The notes: generated by a model not told the origin, from the sequence alone. 64,000 nucleotides of DNA from Lingula anatina (GCA_051362555.1 CM120645.1:22966434-23030433); one strand, 5' to 3'; shown: positions 12,162-26,689, counted from the stretch's first letter. A program made the numbers and translations.

Positions 12162-15100
12162 CACAGGTAGTACGTCCTCCAATTATTTTCTGTAATCTTC
12201 ACACCACAAAGTCATGTCCCGGTTCTCATCCGTCCTAAAATCTTTCCCCTTTATCTTTCCAAATTTGTCCTCAAACAAAAATCTTTAAATTCCTGAGTCT
12301 TTTACCTGAGTCTTAATTGATTTCACAGGTAAGAACCACCTTCCTCTTTCATAAAGTAATTTTCTTACTTCATGTTCTCTAGTCTTCTTTCTGACATCCA
12401 GCAGCTGAAAACTCTTACCAACCTCAATCTACAGCTCTTGGTCATCTCATCTTTTTAAAAATTTCTTTTTTTCTACAAAAACTCCGTAAATCCAGGCTCC
12501 TGAAACCCCTTAAGCTCCTGCGTGTTTGGTAGCTGTACAGGAACACACGCAGACCCCTCCCTCATTCTCTAACTGCGCTCTGGCTCCCCGCCGTCTTCCA
12601 ATTAACTAATGGAATTCCATTCTCACCTTCATCTCATACTAATAACGTGTGGTCTTCGCACGAGCATGCCACATTACTACTTGTATGTAACGTTACGTGT
12701 TGTTGGCAGTGGCAATTTAGAGGTGAAATCCAGGTAGAGTGCTGTATTCTACCGTTTTAATGGCTATAACTCCACCCCAGAATGAACATAGAGTTAATTG
12801 TCCATAGCGTATGTTACCTGTCTGTTACCTGGTATGGCAATGGTGAGGATAACAGTTCATGATTTACCTAGGCTGCTGTTTTACAGTATGTTGCTATTAC
12901 TCTTTGCCTGTCTGCTCTACAAGTGTTTTTTGCTTGTTTGTTCTTCATCCAAAAATAAAACTAAAACATCATCCAATACAACTAAAAACTTGTCAAAAAA
13001 GGACTAAAGCTGACTGTGCCTTGAATGACAAAGTGAAAGTGAAACTATTTTCTCCTTCACACAATTACTGACATTTCTCCACAAACTCTTTTTATCAAAT
13101 CTGTTATATCCGTCCAATCCACAAATATTCACTTGTAAATAACGAAAGACACCCTAAGAATGCTTTTAAGCATTAAAATTGTTCTAGATCCTTGGAAAAA
13201 GTGCCAGTTATCTCCATTGTTCTGATGAGGTGGTCTCCCCTTCTTGTGGCTAACCAAACCGTGAAAGAGAGAGCAAGTGAAAGAGAACAGTTAACACCAC
13301 AAGTCCATCTCCAAGTGATGGAGGAAGTTCATTTTCCACTTTTTTGTTAATCTCTGTCACTTTTTATCAAATGTCAGTACCTGAGTGAAATCAGTGCATT
13401 TCTCACTTATTTCTCCACAGTATCATTTCTCAATCAATCTCAGTCACAAGCCATGATGACTACCACTGCCGGCTGATAAACCTCATATTTTCATTATCAA
13501 ATAAAGAAATAATCATCACATTTCCCAACAAGATTAAACAGTGATTTCCGTCTCAAAAAATACCATTTAATGCATGTGAATGTGATTTGTATCCAGACTA
13601 AAAGATGAAAATATCGCTATTTCTGTGAATACAGTCACTATCCAATGGACTGCAGCCATCAATCACTCTGTCAATATCCCAAAGTGAGAAGTCTTTTGAT
13701 CTCTTTCTATTGATATTGTTTATAATGTAGTGGAACCTACAATGAAATGCCGTGTATGAAAGGCCTTCAACTCCAGCTGATAGTAGAACTAGTAATATCA
13801 CCCAATAAACCTTTTCTCAAAGGACTTTCCGAAAAAAAAAAGCCACCTGCTGAAATTATCTTGTATCGTCTTTAATGGCATTCCATCATGCAGTCAGTTT
13901 GGGTGACTTTCTTAACGGCAGCATTATGTATTGGCTAGCCTGGCAGTGCAAATTTTCACAATTTTTCACTGAGTTTCAGAACACTTTTTATCATATCAGA
14001 CGGAGGGGGTCTGGTAGCTCTCCGTCCAATCATTAAAAGGATCATCCGAAACAGCCAAAAATTCCACAACTTGGCTTAAAAATCTAGGTTGATATTCCAG
14101 GTGGTAACGTTTTATCCTTAATGCTAAATAGTTCACCCTGTATCATGCAGTTGTTTCTGTTTTCTAGTCAATACTCAGTCTTATTTGAGGATACCTGAGA
14201 TAATTCCCATCCCCATATATTCTCATTCGGTGGTTACCTTTACCACAATCCTCTATTATCACCAAGAACTACTTTGTACAGTATTATCTCACTGCAGAAT
14301 CTCATCAGAGATCAACTTTGTGGAGAATCAAAAATTAACACACTGTCATCCTTCTCTCACCTTTTTACAACTGATTATTTACACTTCACTATCCATTTGA
14401 GCCCAGAATATGTATAATCCAAAATGCCATATAAATATATTTAATTGTATCTTTTTCATGAGCACACAGATGACTGTCCTCTGTGAATGTGATTTATAGC
14501 CCCAAAACTGTATAAACAGTGCACATCAAGACAGGCTGACAAAGCACTGGTTTCACAAAAAGCTTAAGACCAAGAGCTTGTCTTGAGTTTGAGACCAAAG
14601 ATTTTTGACTAAATTAATTCATTATAAATCCAAACAAAAGTAAGTAATAGTTTGGCACATAAAAAATATTTTTACTTTATCAAACAGGTACAAAATATCA
14701 TTTAGCTGGGTAGGGTAATACTCCCTTTCACATGCCCCGATTAAAAAAACAAAGTTAACTACATTTAGACGATTCTCTCAATATTATTATTATTATTATT
14801 ATTAAAATATTAAGTTGTCAAGTTGGTATGTTACAGAAATCTGTGCTGAAAAGTCACTGACAAGTAAAAAGAGACAAATCTGATCTCTTTGGTGAATCAT
14901 GGATGCCCCACCCTAACTGCAGGTTACTTGAACATTGTCGTCTCCACAACTCGACTAATTACCTCAGTATCTTTACACAGCATAGACCATAGGTTCGTAA
15001 TCTCAAATTTCCGTACTGGGGAAATTGTATCAACTATTGTTTACTGTGACACACTCTTTCATTAAGGTTGACATCAATTGTAAATTGTTAATGAGCAGAT

Positions 15101-15528
15101 TGTGATTGTAATGGAGTGATAGTGATTAAATGGTAACTGGATATGGCAGCTATTTTTCCTTGTTGTTCATTTTTTTTTCTTTTTGTAAATTAGAGATTTT
15201 ATCTTTTGAGTACATGAAACTGTATTTAGAGAATAGAGTACTCATATTTAAAGACAAAAAATCTTCTCACAAAAAATTTTTTCTCTGACATTTATAATGT
15301 ATTCTTTATATGTTCTTTTATTTAGACTTCAAAAGTATGTTAAAATGGCTCCATTTTCATTATTCAATTCATTGTAAAAAAAAAAAAAAAAGAAATTTTA
15401 CCAATAATGACTCAAAGTACTTTTCCACTCCAACTACTTTTCCACTTAGCACACTATTGCAGTGTCAACAACAGATATCTGGATGAGCTACATGAAACCC
15501 TTCTTCAACTAGAGATCAAGACGCCATA

Positions 15529-15754
15529 GACTGGGTTCCCACATATTTAGATCGATCCATCTGGATCAACCTAACTCCCTGGGGGTTCACGCTAAATTGC
15601 TGTCAGCTTCCGGGAGCCAAGCGTGCATGACAGTTAATTACCCCCTTACAGCTTTTAGTAGGCAGGACAGACATTTAAGCCAGTTAAGCTGACAGCAATC
15701 TAGTGAGACTCTCCAGGGGGATAGATTGATCTAAATATCTGTGGGAATGATCTC
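15529..15754 (+). mobile_element. MITE family A copy 1 (PIF/Harbinger-like)
   Basis: Shares the core CCTAACTCCCTGGGGGTTCACGCTAAAT...AATCTAGTGAGACTC with 3 other copies. ~28-bp TIRs ..TTCCCACA.ATTTAGATCGATC. Confidence 0.8.
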
Positions 15755-17033
15755 TTAGAGACATGGCTCAGGTGTTACAGCGTCCAGGTAATAAGAGTAT
15801 TGGAAAATCTCCACGGCTTGTCACGTCACCGGTGACATCTAGGGTCAGTGATTTATCGCCTTTGTCCATGTCATATTATTGGAGGGTGATTAATACTTGA
15901 TATCTGATGATTTTACTAATTTCTCATTTAAACCAAACCAGGTGGTTCATATTTCTGTTTCGATCAAAAAAGACCAAACTTGTCAAGGTTTCTGTCCAGA
16001 GTCGGTACCAATGTGATATGAACAGTTTAATACATCAAAGATATTACTTCTCAAAATCTTTCGAGTTGATAAATCACTCAAATCAGATTTTTGTTTTAAT
16101 GCTCAGTTTTTTAAGAAGATCGACAGTGGGTTTAGTTCCTGAACAAAAGCAATATTCATACACCTGACATGTTTACCTGTATTTGAGCACAAACTTCCAT
16201 TACATCCCATTATCACCACAGGCAATACTTAGCCTTCTAGTGGAGCAACTTCAGAGACATCAGAAAGCCTAGACTAGAGAATACCCAAGGGAAAAAGACT
16301 CCACAACAATAAAAAGATCCAGTATTAATGCCACACAGCCCATCTTCATATTTCCATCTTTGTAATGGTATTGCTGTAAGGCAAGGAGAGAATGGGTTTG
16401 TTTCATGCATGGAGAGATTTTTAGGACTCACAACATGGTTTTTCTGAGACGTGTCATTTCTACATGTAGTTTGCTCTTTTGCCTCGCGTTTCTTTACCAA
16501 CAACAAGTTGTTTGATGTGATACACAATGTTTCTTATTATACTCCTTTTCTCCACACTGTCTTTTAGCAGAGGATCATCTTTCATATATTCTGCAAATGT
16601 TTCTAAACCCTTTGTATTGTTTTGCTAATAAATGCCCTGGCTTATCATTCTGTTTGACAACATTTCAGATTATTTATTTTGTCCATGCTTTCTCTGTTTA
16701 AATGATCCATTCTTACCTAGCTACGACAAAGAAAATTGTTCTGATCTAATGTGAATTCTGGGTGTTTTAAAATCAACTAAAAAAACATACAATACCAGCA
16801 GAAACAATACCAGCAGAAAAATCCATTCATACATCATTTTGGGGTAAAATTTAACAATGCCTTTTGGAAATTCTCTAAGTTATACTACTTGAAACTATAT
16901 GCTGGCATTTGGTTGGTTTTTGTGACAAAAAATTGACTTTGTATGCATCTTTAAGCATTATCCAGATATAAATGTATAACTTTTTTTCCCTCTTTTATTT
17001 CCTTTTTACTTTCTTCCACCACTCTTCATTTTG

Positions 17034-17071
<38 letters not shown>

Positions 17072-18844
17072 AACTTTTTCAAGATTTTTTTTATTAACCA
17101 TAGTCTCTATCTGATGCCAGGTAAGTTCCATGCATCAATTTGCCTACATGTTTATTTTTCCTTCTTACACAATATTCAGTCATTATGTAGCCCAGTCTAT
17201 AATCACCAATCCAAATATCTTCTCCATCGCCCTTTGATCAATGGTCTATAAAAAAATCTAACAAACATATCACAGACAAAAGAAGAGCCTGACTATTGAT
17301 TCCCAATTAGAATTGAAATCTGCACACCAAAGAATAAACAGCAACAAGCAATAAAACACACAGAAAAGGTGTAAAAATTCAATTAACTTAATTTACCTCC
17401 TGCTTGGCACGCGCCCAATTCATCCTACCGTGTCTGTTAGCGGCCTAGCGTCTGGTCACAGAGTCCGGTTCATTTGGTTGAGTTTACGCTGTCGGTTAGT
17501 CAGCGGAATTATCAGTGCACCTTTAACGCTTGATCCTGGCATCACAACGCATCCATCAAAGTCATGTTTTCATTAGCCGGAGGTATTGTCCATTGGAAAT
17601 CAGAGATCGAAGCACGCAAGCATATGCACTTTGCTAAAGCATGACAATTTGCAGCTCAGAATTTTTACTTGATTGTTTTCTCTTTTTTTTTCTTTTTTAA
17701 ATAGGCAATATGAAGCAGTAAGTATTATCTGTTAATTCTTTTTATTGATAAAGTACAGAAATAAATAACTTGATTTTCTTTTCTATAAATTACAAATTAT
17801 ATTTCAATTATTGATAATTTGTAATCACTTAGCAACCAACTATACCATATCAACTGCTCAAAGTGGCTCTCTCCTTCTTTACAATGTAGGCAGGCAATTC
17901 TCATATTCAAGTTCATTTTCTAACAGGTCATTATTTTCCTTTATTGATACAATAGAGCCGTAAATAACTGGTTTGTTTTATTTTCCCCAAGGGTTGGTTG
18001 GTTGATGTCTGAAGATATTGTTGGATTCTGAAGTAAGTGAATATTACACGCACACCAAGAATTAACTAAACAGAACTCTAGACTGATCAAACAGATGATT
18101 TTTCCACAAGCATCCTCAATCAATCTTAATTCTTTTTTCAATTTTTGTTTAATGATTTTGCTTTGATATTCATACCTCATAATAGAGCATTAGATTAATA
18201 CATTTTAATTTGAGCAATTGACTGAGGAACCAGATTTACTTGAACTTCAATTATCAATAAGAAAACCATGACAAACATTGCATCTTCATCGTGAGAATTA
18301 TTGTCATTTTTCTCTACTGAGGTTTAGTCAGCCGGTATTCATTATTTGTTTTTGTATCATCTGTGGATGGAAAATAACTGCACCCAAAAGAGTGTTTACT
18401 TATTTCTTAGAGATGTAGAAAATAATATTTCTAAAAAAATAGATATTATATGTAGCCCCACAATGTTTTATAACATCCATCCGTAATTAATCTCTAATCA
18501 CACGTTTTTAAAAACAGAAAAGTTTAATATTGGCACATCTTTAAAATCACCACAAGCCACAGTATCATCCATGCCCCCCCCCCCCCCCCCTCCCGGCATC
18601 CTAGACTGATGATCAAGACTCCAGGAAACTAAATAAATATTGAGAAGGTCCGTCCAGACCTAGGTCAATTGCCTCACAATGAAAAGATAAACAATGGCCT
18701 TTAATATTTAGACTGAATATAATGCAAAAATCCATCAATACATGGTGTACTAAATTTGGCAAATTCTAAAAAAAAGGCAAACACTTGTTTCAGTAACAGC
18801 AAGGGAAAATCAAGTTTAAAAAAAGATTAACAATATTTTTTAGT

Positions 18845-18884
18845 GTCTGTGTATCAATAAGCGAAGTCTGTGTATCAATAAGCG
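18845..18884. repeat. 19-bp direct repeat with a 2-nt spacer
   Basis: GTCTGTGTATCAATAAGCG x2. Confidence 0.9.
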
Positions 18885-20372
18885 CCTCGAGTTCATCTTC
18901 CATGACATTTATTAATACTAACAAAGATTGATGAAACTTTCACCAAATACTATATGCAATAAATAATCACAGAAGTCTAACAGGCAGACATTAGCCTGTG
19001 ATTCATCAGTGATTTAGCTTCATGAAAAAATTGTCCGCCGTAAAATGAGGGCCGCAAGGTTACAGTATATTTATATCCGGTCTGTTGCTCTTGAAAAAAT
19101 GAAGAAATGCAAAACCAAAGATGGTGAGAAAGAAAAATGGATGAATGCAGTGAGGGACCAAATGTTTGAACAAAAGGAAAGATGGAGAACAGCTCAGTTA
19201 ACATAAGAAGGCAATCTGAAAAAAAAAGGTTGATGGGTTAATAACGTAGAAGAATGGATGCAGAATAAAAGGAAGAGAAAGAGAGATATCTGTCATGGGC
19301 GGAATTACGGAGTAACAGGCAGACACGCCAGGAAGAGAAAAGGAAGAAGAGACAGATTGATGGTTGTATGGTGGCCTCTGTGGCTATCAATAAAAAGATT
19401 GCAGAGCCACAATGCTAGTCTGTACATTTTGTTCATTACGGACATGTTCAGACTGAGTCATTTTGGACTGGTTATCAGCCACTAGATGAGAATAGAAACC
19501 TATCCAATCATAAAAACAATAGGAAATTAAAATCATAATTATAAGAATAAAAAATAATATTCAGCTGTATCTATTTCAATGAATGCTCACAGCTTAACTT
19601 TTATCTTTTTCATTCATCTTTTATTAGTTCAGCGTATTTTTATTGTCATCAATATTATCATTTTTTATGCAAAAAATGTTTTGAAGAACCCTGATACAGA
19701 CAAGTCTCTGGAACCAGACACGATCAAGATCTCCGCCTCTGCAAAATCAGCCTCAAGCTGGGAAAAACACATTTACAATCTAATCAATCTTCCAGATAAT
19801 AGAACCACACCATGAAAATCTTTTCCAGCCATTGAGTTCGCAGCTCCCAGTAAGTGAGAACAATACCCTTCATTTGCCTGCTACACCACAACCTTGTTTA
19901 ATTTCCTCTACAGCCCCGTGCTCGCAGTAACTCTATCCTTTCCTATTCATTTTTTACAATAAAATAGAAAATTCTAGACGTGTGCCCAGCGCAACTTTAT
20001 CTCACCATTAAATTTCATGAAAAACAAACCTTTTCTGAGAGAAAAGAACTTGGGGGTCTTCAAACAAGGTTTTTTATCTTCGTCAGGCTATCAGATCAAT
20101 TAGGCATGATTAAAAACAGCAAATGGAGCAGAACTTCCCAGCCAGGGGACAATGCCCTGACTTTTAGAGATTATTAATAAACCTCTCCGCTGTAAGCAGC
20201 AGCATCATCACTGGGTGATATCAAATCTCAGCAGGTTGGCTTAACTTTAAGATTAAAACAACTTTTCTGCAAAACAATTTTTATGGTCTCCAATTAGAAC
20301 AGATAAAAGTTAACAACCTGCACAACATGCTGTGTACCTACAGTATTGACTTGATTACAATCCATTCAGTAA

Positions 20373-20594
20373 AACCCACTTTACACTGGATTGCGTCCTT
20401 TCTGCGTCTTCTATGCAGCCATGAAACTGCCATTGCTGTGGTCGTAGAAAGAAAGGACGAGCATTGCTTTATTTGCAAAATGAATGCTCAATAATAAGCC
20501 AGTTGTCGGCACGTAATGTTTTTTTTTTTTTTTACTCTCAAACGGGGCTGCACTAGCAGGCGCAGAAAGGGCGTCGTCCAGTGAAGAGGGGGCT
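20373..20594. mobile_element. Harbinger-like MITE with ~50-bp imperfect TIRs
   Basis: The left end AACCCACTTTACACTGGATTGCGTCCTTTCTGCGTCTTCTATGCAGCC pairs with the right end GGCTGCACTAGCAGGCGCAGAAAGGGCGTCGTCCAGTGAAGAGGGGGCT. TAA on both flanks. Confidence 0.7.
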
Positions 20595-20628
20595 TAAAAA
20601 AAGATGCATCTACTTGTATCTCTTCATG

Positions 20629-20718
20629 CCAACAGAAAATATTAGGTACCCATCAATGTAAACTTGATAATCTGACTGTCTTCCAGAAGACCCAGAAGAA
20701 AGCCTCAATTGGCCCCTG
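20629..20718 (+). mobile_element. MITE family B truncated copy
   Basis: CAATGTAAACTTGA.AATCTGACTGTCTTCC.GAAGACCCAGAAGA...CCCCTG is shared with copy 1. Confidence 0.7.
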
Positions 20719-22656
20719 CATTAGTTAAGTATGTGAATACTGTGAATTAACACTGTTGTGAACACAGCCAAAGTGGTTCTGATGTCAGTAATGTTAGCGG
20801 GTGTTAGGCTGCACAATACGGTGACTACGACCTGGTGTGAAACACTTTAATTAATCATGGCTCTGTTTGTTACAGAGGACACGCTCCGAGAATCCATTCT
20901 TCCATGCTCCATTCTATGTCCTAGCTATTGATTAAAAGCTGGAGAGAGTAAAAATTACGTACTAATACAACTACTATAGGTCAGTCTATTGTTGAACTGT
21001 AAGGGAAACAAAAAGTAAAAACATAGGAATATGGAAAAATATTGCTAATCCATCAACCAGTAATTATGCTTTAAAAAGTCACTAAAATGTTGTGAAATAT
21101 AATGATCAAGTTTTACCTGTTTTAGAGTCAATTGTATATTTGCACAGTGTAAAATGGAGAAAATATCATAGCAAAAAAAGGAGTTTTGTGCAATTTTAAC
21201 AAAAGTGTTTTATAGACAATCATCATCAGAAAATAATTCAGCATGTTTAACAATCAATGATACATATTTTATTGTTTAACAGTTTTGTGCATTAAGGAGA
21301 AGACAAGTAATAAAATATATAATTCGTCATTTTATAATTTGAGTGTCTGGTGTGTGTAAGCCCAAAGTGGTGTCACGTTCTGTTGCTAAATTTGTAATCA
21401 TTATGACTCGAATTCCCTGAGAAGCAGAAAGGACATGACTTCATATTGCAAATTGCTCTTACTATTATCAATGCTAGATGTCTTTTTGTGAAAGGTCAAC
21501 ACGAGGTTGACAGTATCTTGAAGAAAGGAATTTCTATCAAAAAATGTTTTCTTTTTCATCAAATCTATTTGAATCTTACAATAAACAAACAATTTACTGT
21601 TTAAATGATCAATGACACATCTTCATGATTGTATTGTTTTCTTTTTATTTATTTATTTTTTTTTTTTTGTCAATGTTTTCTCTTGATGACAAAGTCTTCG
21701 TATTGATACAATGTTACAAATCTTCACTCAGAAGTATTATGAGGAAGGCCTTGTCTGGGAGAACTTCCTGTTCTGTCAGATTGGTGTCGCCGGTCATCCT
21801 CAAAGCTGAACTTATCTCAGTTATTAACTCAATTTTGTTATTAAACTCCTTAACCCTTGTTAATATGCCTCCATAGTTCTCCGAACATTATAAATGAGTG
21901 TTGTCTTCCATCATACGTGCATGCACAAAGCTCTTATTAATTTGAACCTGGAATACAAGAGAAGATAAGCAGACAGTTTAAACTGATCATCGTAAAAACT
22001 CCAATACATTTGTGTTTTCTTCTTACTGCAAAAGACCATCAGCTGTTCAATTGCCTAAATCCACAATTGACAACTCAAACAATCTAGTCTCTTAATGATT
22101 TATTTAGGTGCCACAAAGAAAAACCATTCAACAATCTTCCATTCTTTGCATGCACGGCCTTTATGGTTAAACAAAGAGCTCCAGAACATGGATGGATCAG
22201 ACTCCAAGTTCAGTATCCTCAGCAGGGGCCCCTGTATTGGCAAACTGGCCCAGACCTGTATAAGGGAAATGGAGGAGAAATCACGGCAAAGGTGTGTTGT
22301 ACATAATTAGTTGTTGTCTAGGAAAGATAATGCAAACTTAACGAGTTCTGGCCATATGTCTAGGTAGAGAGGTATTTTACAGTTGTAGCATACATTTAAT
22401 AGAATTACTACTTTGTTTTACAAAAAGGAATCAGAAAACAGCAAGAACCAACCATATGTTTGAGTATTTATAATATCCAGCAATTTAACACTTGCATCTT
22501 TCCAATTTTTTAAAATTTTTCATTAAAATAAGTTTTTAGTTATTTCTTAATATAAAAATTCTATGCAGCCTTAATATAAAAATTCCATAGTTGCACATTT
22601 GATTGAAACATTAAACTGTATGTTACATTTTAAATGGATTTTAGACTCTAAATAAA

Positions 22657-22708
<52 letters not shown>
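22657..22708. repeat. (TTA)n microsatellite
   Basis: Visible directly. Confidence 0.95.
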
Positions 22709-25700
22709 GCCTGTGTCAATCTTACTACCTATATCTTTTTCACTCGTTTATATTTTAAGCTAAATGGAGAGTATAAAAACTGCTTCATTAAACCCACTAC
22801 TAGCTAGCAAATCCAAAGCCTCTGATATTAATCACATCCCTGAAAGGCCATTTATCTAAATACGCTACAATGATACAACAGAAGGTAAGTATGCAGTAAA
22901 AGACGGAATAAATCACTGATGAAAAAAATCCTACTAGCAGCCGAGATACCTGTTTTCTGTAGAACATGATATCTATAGGTAACCGAGCTGACGGAAAACA
23001 TGTCTTCCATAAGACATGCTGTAGTAAAAAGCATTTGTTACAGAGATTTGAAATACAACACCTAAAATAGCCTCTACAGACCATTATTTTTAGCATAAGT
23101 GGTGAAGATATTACCATAAATAGCAGCTCTACATGTTACGCTACTTTGGGACTTAGAATAATGAAAAAGAATCTTTCCTTGTGAAAGATCTTGGATATCA
23201 AGAAAATTCTAAGAAACTGGCCAATGCACATTCCCAGATAGTAACCATGAAGCAGAGAAATTGTTGACATACGGTAAAAACTTGAACATTTCATCTCTTT
23301 AAAATTAATTAATATTTTAAAATGAGTGAATCCAACAAGACTACATTAGGTGAAAAACTTTTCAAAATCATTGTGAGTCCTATATTTCAAAGTTTCACAA
23401 AATTTTCAAAGCAAAAAAATTAATCTTTGCAGAGAATCGTCTTATAACAAAATTTTCAAGATGACTAAATTTTCAAGTTTTTACCATATTTCAGAAAAGT
23501 ACAAAAAAATGAGAAAAAATCATTTGTCACAACTTATGAGGACCTGCATCTGAGGTTCTTCAAGACAGATCCACCATTATTTTCTGAGACATTTGTCTTT
23601 CTAACTGCCAATAATATGGAACTTTATGCAACAACAGTAAGCAAAACAAAGCACATTAAGAAAAGACAGTAAACACGCTATCAAATTTATTACCATAAGT
23701 CACTGGTTCTTCTTTTCCAGCACGAAACACCCAAGAACAAAAGTCACAAAGTCACTACAAACTATACTATTACAAGCTACAACTTGCAGTCATCTCATTT
23801 CAAGCAATTTCAATAAATGCCAGAACTATTTCTGTGTGGAAACAAAATACCTACCTGCTCATTTCATTTGCAGTCAAAAAAGGCACGATATCAAAGGTCT
23901 GTCCAAACATGAAGCTCTCAGATTTCCAGAGCATTTCACTGCATGATCCTCCGTCTACAAAGATTTAACCCAACAGAGGCGGAACAAAACTGCTTCAAGG
24001 CAAACATAATCTGTTCAAATAATTATATCACTGGTCAAAAACAAAAAAGGAAATCTCCTTGATGCAGGAACACAAGGGACAAGTATGAAATTATTAATGA
24101 ACATTTGAGAGGCTAGATTCCCTAACAGTAGACGCCAATTCTCTAGGTCGAAATAACAGGATCAAAATGAGAAAAAACCTCCAAGGCAAAAGTCATCTGT
24201 TATAAAGTATTAAATGGCCACATTTAATGTCCGAGCTCTTAGGCCATAGGAGTAAAATAGCAACTGACCAAGGCTGAGATGAGGATCAAATTTCAAGCAA
24301 AGACATGCCATCTCCTTTGACAATGAGACTGTCATCTGTTACAGGAAAATGTGGTGGTCAAGAGTTCTGAAAGCCCTTATACTAATAACATCAGAAATAA
24401 TTAGTATATAACAGCCAACTGACCATCAAAATTAAGTGATCATATTTCTGCAATGCTGACAGCCAATCCTCTTAAAATGATGAGAATTATGAGAAACCTG
24501 TAATATAAGCTAGCTATTAGTCATCTGTTCAAAAAATGATTCTGTGGCCCAAATAGCCACTTGGGTAAGTTAAAGACCCGAGACATTTTATCCTGTGAAA
24601 ATTACCGAGATTGAGTCAAATCCAAAATGCTGCAAGGTATTCTTCATCTGTTAAAAAAGCTCTTGGTCAGTGGCTGAAGGTTCAGTACTCATGGGACAGC
24701 CAATAAACTGACAATGTTACAATGGGTAATCATTTTTAAACACTTTCAAATCACAACAATTGGAAGTATTAGACCACAAGGGCATGCCTGTAACACAAAT
24801 GCTATGTAGTATCCACAACACACATTCAAACCTACATCAAACTCATATATCACGCACAATAACAAATGGCAGTGGATTTCACTCTAAAATCATTCCACCA
24901 GCAAGTCTTTACTCTTTCCAGGGTTCTGTTTAAAGCACCCAGACACTGGTCAGTTATTAACTGGACACTGCCTGGTGGATGGCATGAAGGTAAGCCATTG
25001 ACACTTCATAAAATATGGACCTAGTTCATGAAATGACAGGCTTTCTAAGAAGTACTTTGTATCATACGTTCAAGTTATGGTAATTGGTTAATTGGAGCTG
25101 TTATGTGATGTGGATAATTATAAGTGCATTAAGTGCAAATTATTGTAATATTTTCATTATTAAGATTGCTTTTCATGTCTCCAGCACTGACTGGGGTAGA
25201 GAATGACTTACATTTGCAAATACCGTTTCTTCCTTCATTTATAAACAAAAAACATCTACTGTATTATTTTTCTCCTTTGTACTAGCTGTTTTCCGCTCTG
25301 TTTTCTTTCAGATAATTATATCCATAAAGCAAATGAAACTACTCGTTAAATTATAAATATAAAAAAAAATTAATTTCATTATAGGCAAATAATGCCATGA
25401 CTTTACACTATAAATTATGAAAAAGTAATACAATTCCTAAAATACTTTTTAAGCATTCAAAAAAGGAATTACACTAATTGCTTTGGTATCGTGACCATTT
25501 TTTTAACAATAAAAATGCTAAAGAAGACCTATCAATTGAACTCATAGATAAGTGTGAATAGTCTTTTGTAAGATCAAAGCTTCCTCAATGACAAATTAGA
25601 AAAAAACAGGTATTCACATGACTTCCTTATAGGGTCCTTAGGTGCATTACCTCACAGAAGCCATTTATTGTGTTTTGTTTTGTTTTTTTCTTATTTTTCC

Positions 25701-26659
25701 CCCATACGGGTTTCATCTCCCCAGTGTAACAGGAGCAATAAAGCAGAAAATCCTCTGCCATTCAGATCAATTACCCCTGGAAATGACAATCGCTTTATGG
25801 CATGACTTCTCCTCCTAAGAAACGACAATCTACTGATAAGATCGCCATTCAATGCTGTACATGCTCAATGGAATTTGTTCCCTCTGTTATATGAGAAAGA
25901 CAGCTTCAGGTAGCTTAAGCACATGCTGCATGGTATTGAATTTTTTTTTTAATTACTACCCTAGAAAACAAAAAAGTTGCACTGCAAAGGTCTAATAAAT
26001 CTAAACCTGAAGGATATACATTCAGCAAGAAGTAATGCAGTCAACTTTTACCTACAGCAGTTGCTTAATTTACAAGAGGTTTGGATCTGTCTTCAAACTT
26101 ATTTTCTAAAAACATCAATGAAAAACAAATTGGAATCTGAAGAGTATACAGATACCGTGTTTGAGACAATTCAGTCTTTTAAAAAATTCAATGGAAGACT
26201 TTTGTATTGGACCAGAAAGAGCAAAAAATTAAAAACAAAACCATTGTTTGTATAGAAAAAAATCAGCTTCATTGTTAGCCATATTTATAGTTTCATCACA
26301 ATTTCCATCATTTCCATACAATATCAAGCGGCCAGGTAGTACAGATCTCGTGGATGGTCAGGTAAAGTTTCTCTTTAATTACCCACTGACACCAGGTGAG
26401 TCATCCTGCCCGTTACCATGGTGATTTTATGACTAACACAGGGCGTCTACCTGGCTGGATATGATGATACGTGCACCACCTAGCTCTGTTCTCTCGAAAA
26501 AAAACCAGATAAAATAGACAAGGCGCTTTTGTTTTAGTAATAATCAAGCTGATTTTCTGTGTTTTTGCTGAAATGTATAATTCCTGTCAACCAAGGTCCT
26601 GAAGTAAACCATTGTAATTTTTATCATTTAATCAGATTAACAAGTAATTTTTCACTTAC

Positions 26660-26689
26660 TCCTTTCATCACCCATACCAAGCCAACATA
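26660..26689 (-). CDS. Candidate 30-nt symmetric microexon (YVGLVWVMKG), or the 3' end of a first exon encoding MKG
   Basis: Acceptor ttaactttttggtcctcag| and donor GGA|GTAAGT. Open in phase 0/0. Confidence 0.25.

Noticed and set aside
13205-13275. Hammerhead-like CTGATGAG...GAAA
   Set aside because: Stems I and III cannot be formed convincingly, and there is no G-C closing pair before GAAA.
22803-22890. Plus-strand exon ending AAG|GTAAGT (nested gene)
   Set aside because: No recognisable protein or partner exons, and a weak acceptor.
23694-23696. First exon ending ATG|GTAATA
   Set aside because: Too little information to distinguish from chance.
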